NCBI RefSeq assembly: GCF_006345805.1
Contig: NC_043017.1
Location: 30,504,001-30,568,000 of the forward strand
Direction: 5' to 3'
Length of the DNA stretch: 64,000 nt
From: Octopus sinensis
Taxonomy: Eukaryota
Under the pieces are notes generated by a model. It saw nothing but the letters and a program-made list of their open reading frames with translations. It was not told where the DNA came from and searched no databases. The stretch's first letter is position 1. Each line of letters starts with the position of its first letter. Below are positions 27,116 through 40,043 of the stretch, piece after piece. Made by a program: the position numbers and the translations under genes.

Positions 27116-27640
27116 AAGGACTCCAAATTTGTCCATAAAGATGTAGGACAATTTACTGTGACAGCCTGGGTTTCAGAGGTCCACAGCTCTTCAATATCCT
27201 CCCGAAGGACCTGAGAGACCTGCATGGGGTGGATGCAGATGTCTTTAATATAAAACTGGATCTCTTCTTGTCAGGTGCCCCAGATGAACCAACTTCACGG
27301 CAGGAGGTGCAGATGAGGGCAGCTGCATCGAACTCTCTCATGCACCAAAAGGCAATTGCAAAAAAGTAAAATCATGTAGCAACACTGAATGGCGGTGCCC
27401 CAGCATGGCCACAGCTCTTGAGCTGAAACTAAATAAAAATAAAATAAAATAAAATAAAATAAAATAAAATAAAAAAATAAAATAAAATAAAATAAAATTA
27501 ATAAAATAAAATAAAATAAAAATAAAATAAAATAAAATAAAATAAAATAAAAATAAAAAAAAATAAAATAAAATAAAATAAAATAAAATAAAATAAAATA
27601 AAATAAAATAAAATAAAATAAAATAAAATAAAATAAAATA
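27116..27640 (+). mobile_element. 5-prime-truncated CR1/L2-group LINE (LINE-alpha) with (AAAAT)n tail
   Basis: Frame reads CDSLGFRGPQLFNILPKDLRDLHGVDADVFNIKLDLFLSGAPDEP...RAAASNSLMHQ, then a short UTR and about 215 bp of (taaaa)n. Confidence 0.88.
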
Positions 27641-28620
27641 AAATATATACGTAGACGCAGTCATGGTTGTGTGGCTGATAGCTTGCTTCCCAGCCACATG
27701 CATGCCACCTTGGACACAATCATTACAGGATATCTCGGGGGGCATATCTAATTAAATTTAATTTAAACGATGTAAATATCGTTTAAATATATTTACAATT
27801 AAGATGTAAATATCTGGCTAGTTTAATTTAATCCTATTTCGCAAGATGTACATATGTCTTCTACCATAGCGCGCTAACTAAAGCTCTATGTGGGAATTTT
27901 GTAGACGGAGACTGAAAGAAACCTGTCAATAATCGGGTTTTCGTTATCCTGCAAGCTTGCCAATGATGGCTGACATCACTTGTCATTCCCCATCTTATAC
28001 TCAGTGAACAATAAGGAAACGTTGTGTATCTGTACACACCTCAACCGAGATCTTATTCTTGCCATCCGTTTGTAAGTGTTGTGTCCTGTTTCACTTTAGG
28101 TAAGCAATGTTGAGCAGAAAACTCAAGAAAAAAATATAACGATTTCGGCCATCTGTTATTTTGCATATCTTGACCTACTTAACCTATATGGCCTTTAACT
28201 TTTAAGACGGTAAAAACTGATGAGGGAACTGTCGAATTTAACATTTAAAGGGTTAAATGACTTCGATATGATTTCCCATTGTATATTCAACAGTATTAGT
28301 AGTATCAAGAAATACTTCACTGATGATTGATTGTCTTGTACCATGTCACCTGTCATTGCTACGTGCTTGTGTTAGTTACTAAATACAATCTACCGTTGAA
28401 GGAAGAAACAACACAGTAAATACAGAAAAATCTTACGAATATCTCGTTAACATGCAATGATGAAGTTAACTTAATGTTTTGTACGTAGCGCAGATGAATA
28501 GATGAACAATGGAGGCTGATCTTTGGTAATAGTTTCTCTTCAAAAGTGCATGTGACACTACAAGTTTCAAGAAAAACAGAACGCGTTGCCAAATTGAGAT
28601 TTGCCATCTGAATTGAACTT

Positions 28621-29030
28621 TTGTACTCTTCTACTCTTTTACTTGTTTCAGTCATGTGACTGCGGCCATGCTGGAGCACCGCCTTTAGTCGAGCAAATCG
28701 ACCCCAGGACTTATTCTTTGTAAGCCTAGTACTTATTCTATCGGTCTTCCTTGCCGAGCCGCTAAGTTGCGAGGACGTAAACACACCAGCACCGGCTGTC
28801 AAGCGATGTTGGGGGGTGGGGTGAAAACAGACACACAAACACACACACATATATATACAGTTATACTACGGGCTTCTTTCCGTTTCCGTCTACCAAATCC
28901 ACCCACCAGGTTTTGGTCGGCCCGAGGTTATAGTAGAAGACACTTGCCCAAGGTGCCACGCAGTGGGACTGAATCCGGAAATATGTGGTTGGTAAGCAAG
29001 CTACTTAACCACACAGCCACTCCTGCGCCT
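28621..29030 (-). mobile_element. SINE group A
   Basis: Full length; degenerate TSD ctgaattgaactt / ctgaactgagctt. Confidence 0.9.
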
Positions 29031-29609
29031 GAACTGAGCTTAAAACACAGCTACCTTTACCCGGTACCCTGTGTTTTAACCTGAATGTCTCAAGATAACA
29101 AACTCTTCTAAAACGATATGACAAATTCAGTAATGCTATCTGCCTAATCAACTTCTTAAAAATACTGATGCAAAAGAGGCAGGGAAATGCTTTTCATTGT
29201 GCAGTGTATATTTTAGTAAAGCATTTATGAAAGATGTAGTATATTTCAGGATTATGTTGTTTAAAATAGTGTGACAGTATAAATGTAACTCGTCTGAGTT
29301 CGATAAAAAGCGTTCTAAATGGGGAAAGGCATAGGGCTCAGCGACACAAGTCCTATGGTTCATTGTACTAATTTGTAGTGCCTCCCCACAGAATTTTATG
29401 GCTGGAGACTGTACATTAAAATACTTCGTAATTGATAATTTTGCAGACTGGTAGCCGAGTCCATAAGAGGAGCTTGCTGTGATAGCCACACCATCTCTAG
29501 ATCTACACCTGATACATTTCGTATATGTGTGTGTGTGTGTGTGCTTGTGTGTGTGCTTGTGTGTGTGCGTGCGTGTGTGTGTTGTGTGCGTGCGTGTGTA
29601 TACGTGTGA

Positions 29610-29644
<35 letters not shown>

Positions 29645-29998
29645 TATAATATATATTATAAACCAGCTTAGAGAAGAAGGAGAAACGAAACGAAACGAAA
29701 CGAATCGGATCGAAACGACGCGAGGGGGCTCAGTCATACAATAGTGTAATAAATAAAATATATGTATACATACAAACATATATGTACGTACCTACATCTA
29801 CATGTATATATACATGCATATATATATATATATATACGTGTGTACAAGAAACCACAAATAGACGTAGAACTCAACGAGAAACGAAAAAGTAAAAACTGCA
29901 TGGAACGGACCATTTTTTTAACAACGAAAAAATAGAGTACAAGACAACTACGCAAGGAAAAATCCCCTTCATCAGCTGTCCCTAGTTCAACTCCAGCG

Positions 29999-30548
29999 TA
30001 TATGCTAGAGTTTATTGAAGGTCAAAAACATGTAGACTAGGAAAATTACCCTCGTGGAATAGTCTTACCTTATACCGACTGGCATCTTTTAGAGTATTCT
30101 TATTGAAGTCTGAACCAGTTCTTAACTGTGTTTTATTCTACATTTCTAATATATATATTCACACACCTTTATATACACACACAAGCACAAGACTGTATAG
30201 TTATCACCCATACTTGTCTTACATTAATTCTTATTTAGCACATTTACCTCTATCCGTTACGGGTATAATCTCGACTGATTGCAGTTACCGCGCTGGCCAC
30301 ATTAAGTCCGTTAACACGTACTTCGCTATTCACTTTATTATTAGTCACACTTGACCATTGACACAGGGCAGTACTTAAGAGATGAATACAATCCACTCGG
30401 ATATTCGTCGACTGATTGTCTCATAGACATTCACGCTGGTGTTCACCATTATACGAAAATACTCTAAAGGAAAGAAAAAATGTGCTTGTGTTTTGATATG
30501 AGACGTAGACGTTTGATAATGTACGTCCTCTGACACACAAACATACAC

Positions 30549-30611
<63 letters not shown>

Positions 30612-30921
30612 ATATATTATATATATAATACATATACATATATATATACATACATGCATATATATTATGTATATATATAATATATATAATATATAGATAT
30701 ATAAACAGATATATATATACCTACATACATACGTATATATAATGTATATATATATATATATAAGTACACATATATATAGAGAGAGAGATTGATAGATAGA
30801 TAGATACATACATACACATATATATATATATACATATTTACATTCTTACATGCATACGTACAGATATATATACATATATATGTGGTGGGTGTCTGTGAGT
30901 GTGTGTGCTTGTGTGTGTGTT

Positions 30922-30952
<31 letters not shown>

Positions 30953-31297
30953 ATCACATTATCTGTATTCATAGAAGATTATTATTATATCCAGATTAAT
31001 GGGCAAAAACAGCGAAGAAGCACGAAGAGAAGAAAGAGAGACGAAACTCATGTATATTCACAACACTTACAAAACATAAAAAAAAATGCAACAACAACAA
31101 AAGAAATATATAACAGAAAAAAAAAGCATTGTTGAAAAATTTATCAGAGAAATGTAGCATAAAACACAGTTAAGAACTGGTTCAGATTTCAGTAAGAATA
31201 CTCTAAAAGATGCCAGTCGGTATAAGGTAAGACTATTCCACGAGGGTAATTTTTCCCTGTCTACGTGTTTTTGACCTTCAATAAACTCTGGCAAATA
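29999..31297. repeat. About 150-bp inverted repeat pair (29999-30147 and 31148-31297) around a 1-kb spacer
   Basis: agagtttattgaaggtcaaaaaca...ttaactgtgtttta is found reverse-complemented at high identity. Confidence 0.9.
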
Positions 31298-31829
31298 AAT
31301 ACTCTTAACTATAAAAGCAAATCGAGAAGAAAGGTTATCGGTCAGATGCGAAGAATCTTAGTTTGTTCTTAAAATTTTTCAGCAGCCTACTCAACGCTAT
31401 TTGTAGGTTAAGCACTGGTTGCTGAAACCTCGAGGGTAAAAAGAGACCACCCTGTTAAATATTTCATTTTTTGTTGTTCTCTTGGGTTTTTTTTTTCTCA
31501 TTCCCACCATCTTCTGAAAGTTTACTTTACATCTAAATGCACATATACAATACAGACAAGATTCTTGAGGCAAATGTGTTTATATTGCATGTATATATGT
31601 ATCTAAAACTGTATGAGTATATTTAGGGTGTTACACTAATATACATATACATACGTACAAACGCTTATACATATATATATATATATATATATAATGTGAA
31701 ATAGAAAGATGAATAATCTTGTAGTAGATTAATCAAAAGTTTAACCGTGCCTTTCGAAACACGTGTAGAATGAAATAAAACGATTTCTGTTCAATCTGCG
31801 TTCAGCTCCATTTCTTCAATTCACCAATA

Positions 31830-31864
<35 letters not shown>

Positions 31865-32050
31865 GTGTTGTATATATATAAAAATCTTACACATACACAT
31901 TGATGTATACTAATGCACATACATGTTTACGCGGGTAAATATGGTTATGTATGCACTTCGGTGCGCACGCGTTCTCTCTTTCACATCCATAAACACACAC
32001 ACACCTATATATATATATATATATATACATATATATGCGTATATATTATA

Positions 32051-32468
32051 TCTCTTTCTCTTTTTCTCTTTTTTACTTGTTTCAGTCATTTTGACTGCGG
32101 CCATGCTGGAGCGACGCCTTTAATCGAGCAACACGACCCCCGGGAATTATTCTTTGTAAGCTCAGTACTTATTCTATCGGTCTCTTTTTGCCGAAACATT
32201 AAGTGACGAGGACATAAACACACCAGCATCGGTTGTCAAGCAATGCTAGGGGGACAAACACAGACACACAAACATACACGCATATACATATATATACATA
32301 TATACGACGGGCTTCTTTCAGTTTCCGTCTACCAAATCCACTCACAAGGCTTTGGTCGTCCCGAGGCTATAGTAGAAGATACTTGCCCAAGGTGCCACGC
32401 AGTGGGACTGAACCCGGAACCATGTGGTTAGTAAACAAGCTACTTACCACACAGGTTCTCCTTCGCCT
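32051..32468 (-). mobile_element. SINE group A
   Basis: Collinear with 607-1074. Confidence 0.9.
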
Positions 32469-32498
32469 AATATATATTATACTATATACTATATATAC

Positions 32499-32541
<43 letters not shown>

Positions 32542-32721
32542 CATATATATTATATATATATTATATATATATACATATATATTATATATATACATATATA
32601 TAATATATATACATATATATTATATATATATACATATATATTATATATATTACATATATATTATATATATATTATATATATATATATTATATATCTATAT
32701 ATATATTATATATATTATATA

Positions 32722-32764
<43 letters not shown>

Positions 32765-33413
32765 TATATATGTATATGCATACGCACCTAGAAAACAGAC
32801 ATACTACAATATGTATGTACGGTAATATTATGTATGTTAAATTCGTGTCAGGAGGGTGGAGTGTTGTAATTTATCCCGGAGCACTTTATCCTGTTCACTA
32901 TTTGTGCTGATACGAAGATATTACTGAAGTATTTCTGAAAAGAACTTTCAAAACAGGAATGTGTTATGCATTTTATTGTTTTCTTTTTTACATTTGTTGT
33001 TGCTGTTGTGGTTTTCGGAATTCTTGCATTTTTTGTTGTTTTTCATAATCTAACGAGCTGCGATAAATTACATTGCATTCTTTAATGTTTTTGATTCTGT
33101 TTTTCTTTTGATATTTGTTTCGACACCACGCCGAGAACTTTTGTTTAGCTGAATGAATCGCGCCAAGTACAGGTATTTTTGAAAGCCTGGTACCTATTCT
33201 ACCGGACTATTTTACGAATCATCAATTTCGAAGGATGGAGACGTTCCAAAATCGGTTGTGAAGCGGATGTGGAACACAAGCACACTCAATACACGCACGC
33301 ACAAACACGCTGGCTATAGTACAAGACACTTGCCTAAAGTTCCCCGCAGTGGGACCAAGCCCGTAACTATGTGGTTGAGAAGCAAGCTCCTTACCACACA
33401 GCCACTCCTGTGC

Positions 33414-33585
33414 CTGATAGATCGTTAGCCACTACACATATTGTTTTCTCTCCTCGTTTTTTTCTGTGTCCCTTTCTGTAGAAGAGCGTAGGCTCGAAAC
33501 GTAAAAGACTTTTTCTATTCCTGAGCGCTGTTTGTTTGTACACCACCTGTCTTCGTCTTTTGTTTATTTTCGTAAACTTTCCCTT
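33414..33585 (+). mobile_element. Short hammerhead-motif element (family E), probably Penelope-derived
   Basis: Second copy at 57788-57970 (minus); both abut (TA)n. Confidence 0.7.
33472..33507 (+). ncRNA. Minimal type I hammerhead-like motif, variant core CUGUAGA
   Basis: CUUU-CUGUAGA-A-GAGC GUAG GCUC-GAA-ACGU-A-AAAG: 4-bp stem I, 4-bp stem II, palindromic ACGU stem III, GUA triplet. Confidence 0.55.
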
Positions 33586-33589
33586 TATA

Positions 33590-33670
<81 letters not shown>

Positions 33671-33687
33671 GATATATATATATATAT

Positions 33688-33749
<62 letters not shown>

Positions 33750-33885
33750 ATATATATATATATATGTATAATATATATATGTATATATATATATATATAT
33801 AATATATATATATATAATTTGACCACGTGTGTACCATTGGCGATTTTTTTCTTCTGTCTTCCCTTCTCTGGATCATTCCTTCTAT

Positions 33886-33920
33886 GTTTCCAACGAAGAG
33901 CTCCGCTCGAAACGTTGAAC
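33886..33920 (+). ncRNA. Degenerate minimal hammerhead motif
   Basis: GUUU-CCAACGA-A-GAGC UCC GCUC-GAA-ACGU-U-GAAC; the core is one G-to-A change from CCGACGA. Confidence 0.5.
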
Positions 33921-34076
33921 CCTCCTTCTTTCCTTCTTTCCTGAGCGTCCAATAATACTATATTTGTTCCACGTCCTCGCGTTGTTGTATTTGTTTTTTT
34001 TGTGCTTTCGTGTTTGGTTTAACTATATATATATATATACGTTCATATACATTCACAGACACACGCACACGCAGAA

Positions 34077-34115
<39 letters not shown>

Positions 34116-34131
34116 CATATATATATATATA

Positions 34132-34178
<47 letters not shown>

Positions 34179-35599
34179 ACAGAGAGGTATATACCTATAC
34201 ATAGGAACACACGTGCATATATATATATGTATTTATGTATGTGATTTTATATAGGTTGGTATTAATATTTGCAGCATCATTTACGCATTAAACCACTCTG
34301 TGACGCAATACGGGGTTGACCAACAAACGATTTCGACAAAGACTTGTTGCCTATTTTCATAGAACTGACTAAATATAGTTTAAATGCTGCTCACGCGTAA
34401 ATACAGTCCTCTTACAAATATTAAGCTAGTAACCTTTACACTCTTACGTTGTTGCAAGACTTTTATTGATCGTTTCTATGTCGAATGTAATTTAGTAGGT
34501 ATAGAAATATAAATACATAACACACACATATGTACCCATGTACATCATAGATTTATACATGCTCGTGTGCATATATTTATGCGCAAACACGCAAGCACAT
34601 ATGTAAGAATATACATAACTATACACGTATGATGGGTATATCGAGACAGAGAGCGAGATGTATGTATGGATAGTCGATAAATGAATTGATGTACGTTCGT
34701 AAACCAGGAACAAACAGATAAATTTGTGTCAAAATAAAGTGAATTTATTATTTCAAAAAGACACTGATGCTTTATTATATATGTGATATAATAAATAAAT
34801 CATAATATAACTTAAGTTTCGCTGCATTCTGTTCGTCTGCTCTCGATTTTGGCAAGGAACGTTGATATACTGCCAACGAATACTTTCTTACTAAAGGGTC
34901 ATAAGACACACGGCCCTTTGTCATATACAAAGGTATCTTTCTAAACTGGAATTTTCAGCCTAAGGTTTTAAGCAAATTCGATAAATCTTCACGAAGATTG
35001 TCCCTTAAGAATTATTTCAGTTTCTATCGTTTAGCGACAGGCCGCTCCTGATCAAGTTGACATATGATCAGCCATTGTATTAAATGATAACTCACTCGAC
35101 ATAATCTGCTGCGTCCGATTTTCTATGAATCTAAGGTGCACCTTGAACGGGAATTCATTGCCAATTATATTTGTTCGATCGACCACGTAAATAGTCATCT
35201 TATGTATGTATTTATTCAACGAAGATGATTCGTAAAATAGAAAGAAATGTTAAATAAGGGGTTTCAAGATTCTTGCTTTTCTAAAAGCTACTTTCCTATG
35301 TAATAGAATCAGTCTCTATCTAATCATTATAGTTATTAAAGTACACTCTGCTCCAATAACTGCATGACAATCGATGTTATTCTGTTGTTCTGTAGTTTTA
35401 ATAATTGCAATATTTTAATAGATTACTTCGTTAATTATCTGTGTACGCGAGTATTTTGAAAATGCTCGAAGGAGTGACAGCCGTGCCCAGCGTATCTACG
35501 GACTGCTCTTTTTGATAACGCGTAACACCCGTTCAGCAGGGATACGACAAAGTCATAGGGATGCTGCATGGCAGATTGCGAAGTGATAACTAAAGAGCC

Positions 35600-36880
35600 A
35601 ACAGTACTACTTACACTGATGTTGAGCGGAGAAATCCTAGATCAACGGCCAGAATCACCAAGCTCTATCAGTAGACTAACTATAATGCATCAATAGGGCC
35701 GTATTTCGTCTACCGCTACGTCCTGGGTTCAAATTCCGCCGATGTCAACTTATCCTTTCATCCTCTCGAGGTCGATAAATTAAGTACCAGTTGCGCATTG
35801 GGGTCGATATAATCGACTTAATCCCTTTGTCTGTCCTTGTTTTTTCCCCTCTGTGTTTAGCCCCTTGTGGGTAGTAAAGAAATATAATGCATCAATAGGG
35901 GTTTATTCAAAAGTTCCCACTTACCGAAAAACTAAACGCATGTTTCTCGAGACACTCAAGAATGAAGCAATGGGTTATACAGCACTAATGTATCTTTTGG
36001 TCGCTGTTTTCGAGGACTCCCATGACTTCCCGTTGCCGTGAAATTCCATTGTTATGGATTTTGGAGCTAGAGTCATAATGAATCTTTCATTAGCTTATTA
36101 CACAACCATATACGAGCTTGATAACATCATGAGATTTAGAGCAACCAATCTAGAGGACATACGAAAAGAAGTCGCCCGACTCTACCACAACTTATCATCA
36201 GATGAAAAGATGAGCCTATATGAGCAGAAGACTATGCATGGATATATTAGCAGAAATCTTTGAGATCATAGCAGCATTGATTATCATCGCAGTCTATCAT
36301 AAATCAATTGCTGGATTATTACCTCCCACTCTGAAACGTAAGCGTTTGCAAAGGGAAAGACATGCAGAAAAAACAGACTTTGTGGAGTTAATACCGGAGT
36401 TATCACCCACATCATAAGCAATTATCCGAAAATGTCATCCCAGTATAATCTACCGATGAGACATGATACTGTGACAACGGAACTCTGTAATGAAATCAGT
36501 CGGAAAGATAACCCCAAGGACGAAGAAATAAGAACCCACTGTATGGTAGACGCCATAGCCACTCATAATAGAAAGGAGTACTGGTGGAAAAGACCTCAAG
36601 AAAATGTAAGCACAAGTGCCCTGATATAATAATTTGGGATAGAGAAGAGGAACTGCGTACACTTGTGTAAGCTAGCTGCTCTGGGGATGTTAACATAAAG
36701 CTAAAGATCAGTTAAACAGAGAACACCTACACTGAACTATTGAGAAATCAGTAGTTACTCCATCCAAATTACAAGTTCAGGTTTATACATGTAATTATTT
36801 GGGCCCTGGGATATGTAACACACTGCCTAAATACCAATCTTGAGAAATTAGACGTCTAAAATCCAGAAAGGAGGAAGCTA
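35600..36880 (+). mobile_element. Decayed Dong/R4-like (RLE) non-LTR retrotransposon, 3-prime coding region
   Basis: Broken frames give YEQKTMHGYISR, then CRKNRLCGVNTGVITHIISNYPKMSSQYNLPMRHDTV (CCHC knuckle + RHD) and HNRKEYWW, in the order expected for R4/Dong ORF C-termini. Confidence 0.65.
35699..35882 (+). mobile_element. 5-prime-truncated SINE group C
   Basis: 18-bp TSD tataatgcatcaataggg at 35681-35698 and 35883-35900. Confidence 0.92.
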
Positions 36881-37029
36881 ATTTTATGACTACACATCCA
36901 ATCCATCACTGGAACTGAAAGTCTGTAAAACTTTCCAGAAGTTTATTATTTGAATATTTATGAGAATGTTGAGATATGCAACTATATGCATGAGAATACA
37001 TGCATAAATCAAAACAACATACTAATCTA

Positions 37030-37405
37030 CGCATATACATACATACATGCATACATACATACATGCATACATACGTACATTCATACATGCATACATGCAT
37101 ACATGCATACATACATACATACATACATACATGCATGCATGCATACATACATACATACATACATGCATGCATGCATACATACATACATTCATACATACAT
37201 ACATACATACATTCATACATACATGCATACATACATACATAATACATACATACAAACATACATACATACATACATACATACATACATACATACATGCACA
37301 TATACATTCATACATACATGCATACATACAAACATACATACATGCATACATACATACATGCATACATACATACATACATACATTCATACATACATACATA
37401 CATAT
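37030..37405. repeat. (CATA)n tetranucleotide array
   Basis: Direct inspection. Confidence 0.95.
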
Positions 37406-38047
37406 GTGAAAATACATGATTATTTCATTAACTATTAAGGTTTCAGCAAAACGTGTTTGACCCAGGAATCGCATGGGGTTTTAAATCATTTGCATTCTTC
37501 AGTACGTGTGATATTTTGGTTTTGTGACTCACGAAATTGTTCGTTTTATCGCTTCACGGAAATGGTCTACCAATACTCACGTCAATCAGTAGTGTTTTAT
37601 GTCTTTTAACTGACAAGAAACAACGATTACATCTAACTTTGATTGAAAATTGTTTCAAGAAAAGTAAAGACGAAAATAGGTAGCATTTTAGGACGTTCGT
37701 AGCTAGAACACCATTGTCGTCTGCCTGCCTTATTAGATTGACATGGACCTATAAAACAACAACAGCAATAACAACAACGTGTCTGTAATAATTTCTTTGT
37801 TGAAGTTTCCATTACTTTTCGTTCATGGGAGTGCTAGAATGAAAATTGTAGCAACAGAAGTATCACTGTTGACCCACTTCTAAGAGCAAAACGAAGGCGT
37901 GTTTGTGAGACATGAACTGTAACAGAAGACAGTCAATGATTTTTTTTTAAATAAAAAGAAGTAATATCGCCATGACGGAAATAAGTTTGTCAAATGGCTT
38001 CGTGTGGCAGTTGAAACTTTGTTCCGATTTTGTTTACTGCTACGTTT

Positions 38048-38389
38048 ATAGGATCGCGGTTTCGATTCCCAGACCGCGCGTTGTGAGTGTTTATTGAGCG
38101 AAAACACCTAAAAGCTCCACGATGCTCCGGCAGGGGATGGTGGTGATCCCTGCTGTACTCTTTCACCACAACTTTCTCTCACTCTTACTTCCTATTTCTG
38201 TTGTACCTGTATTTCAAAGGACCGGCCTTGTCACTCTCTGTGTCACACTGAATATCCTCGAGAACTACGTTAAGGATACACGTGTCTGTGGAGTGCTCAG
38301 CCACTTACACGTTAATTTCACGAGCAGGCTGTTCCGTTGATCGGATCAACCGGAACCCTCATCGTCGTAACCGACGGAGTGCTCCCACC
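38048..38389 (+). mobile_element. SINE group B (M2 + T1), head truncated
   Basis: 12-bp TSD actgctacgttt at 38036-38047 and 38390-38401. Confidence 0.9.
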
Positions 38390-38669
38390 ACTGCTACGTT
38401 TCATTACATTGTACTATTATAATTTAAATTTCGCAAGCATTAACTTCTGCTCTAGTAACAGATCTCGACTCATTCCAACATTACATATTGATCTCAAAGA
38501 ATATTCTTTGTTTTACTCCTGTGTTATCTATTGACGTGCAGCCTAATTCTTCTCGTTGAATAATTACTTAGCTTCTTCAAACACTATGTTCTGTTGTGCA
38601 AACACACTTTAGCTAATTCCAGTCTAACATTTCGCTACACAACATCTCGTCCTACTTCAACATTACATA

Positions 38670-38860
38670 TTCCACGCCGGGCAAAATGCTTAGCGGCATT
38701 TCGTATGTAGCTATGCAGTGAGGTCAAATTCCGACGGGGTCGACTTTGCCTTTCATCCTTTCAAGATCGATAAAATAAGAACTAGCAGGGTACTGGGGTC
38801 GATGTGTTCGACTATCCCTCTCTCCCAAATTTCAAGCCCTGTATATAAAGTAGAAAGGAT
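38670..38860 (+). mobile_element. SINE group C, degenerate
   Basis: acgccgggcaaaatgcttagcggcatttcg...gactttgcctttcatcctttc. Confidence 0.75.
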
Positions 38861-38963
38861 ATTCCACTACTACGGCATATTAGGATAACCAATCTTATAC
38901 GATGACGAACAAAGATAATTTCCCTTCCTTCATGCATTTTTCTAGGAGCAGAGATAAGATTTA

Positions 38964-39019
<56 letters not shown>

Positions 39020-39026
39020 TATATTC

Positions 39027-39189
39027 GGCGTAGGAGTGGCTGTGTGGTAAGTAGCTTGCTTACGAAACACATGGTTCCGAGTTCAGTCCCATTGCGTGGC
39101 ACCTTTGGCAAGTGTTTTCTACTACAGCCTCGGGCCGACCGAAGTCTTGTCAGTGGATTTGGTAAACGGAAACTGAAAGAAGCCCGTCG

Positions 39190-39242
<53 letters not shown>

Positions 39243-39433
39243 CTGTGTTTTTCTCCCCAACATCGCTTGACAACCGATGCTGATGTGCTTAAGTCCTCGC
39301 AACTTAGCGGTTCGGGAAAAGAGACCGATAGAATAAGTACTACGCTCACAAAGTCCTAGGGTCCATTTGCTCGACTAAAGGCGGAGCTCCAGCATGGCCA
39401 CAGTCACATGACTGAAACAAGTAAGAAGAGTAA
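39027..39433 (+). mobile_element. SINE group A
   Basis: Collinear with the other copies. Confidence 0.9.
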
Positions 39434-39699
39434 AAAAAGTATATGTATGCATTTCAACTTTTACGTGTTTCAGTCGTTAGAGCGCGTCAATGTAGATGCA
39501 GCGTTCATCGATGCTGTGTGTCGATAGCACTTTAATAAGTGGTAGCTGTTTCAAAGTTATGTCAACCTGTAGAATCTGAAATGCTCATTAGCGCGAATGT
39601 AACTCACATGGATGTGAACAACGCAATGTGTTATTCTTAGAATATATAGATGCAGGAGCACAATCTAAGATGCCAGGAACATACGATGCCAGGAACTTA

Positions 39700-40043
39700 G
39701 AACGAAGGACTCCAATCAAGATGTAGGAAAAGATACTGTGATAGCCTGGGCTTCAGAGGCCCACAGCTCTTCAATATCCTCCCGAAGAACCTGAGAGACC
39801 TGCATGGGGTGGATGCAGATGTCTTTAAATTAAAAATTGTCAGGTGTCCCAGATGAACCAACTTCACGGCAGGAGGTGAAGATGAAGGCAGCTGCATCGA
39901 ACTCTCTCATGCACCAAATTGCAATTGCTAAAAAGCATTCGTGAATTAAAATCATGTAGCACCACCAAATGGCGGTGCCCCAGCATGGCCACAGCTCGTG
40001 AGCTGAAACTAGATAAAATAAAATAAATAAAATAATAAATAAA
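39700..40043 (+). mobile_element. Second 3-prime fragment of LINE-alpha
   Basis: SRCRKRYCDSLGFRGPQLFNILPKNLRDLHGVDADVF; collinear with 27116-27430, with an A-rich tail. Confidence 0.88.

Noticed and set aside
28207-28240. CUGAUGA-GGGAACUGUC-GAAU
   Set aside because: Stem II does not pair and there is no stem III or NUH site.
29940-29985. CUGAUGA + hairpin on the minus strand
   Set aside because: No GAAA after stem II (reads GCGUAG), so no hammerhead core can form.
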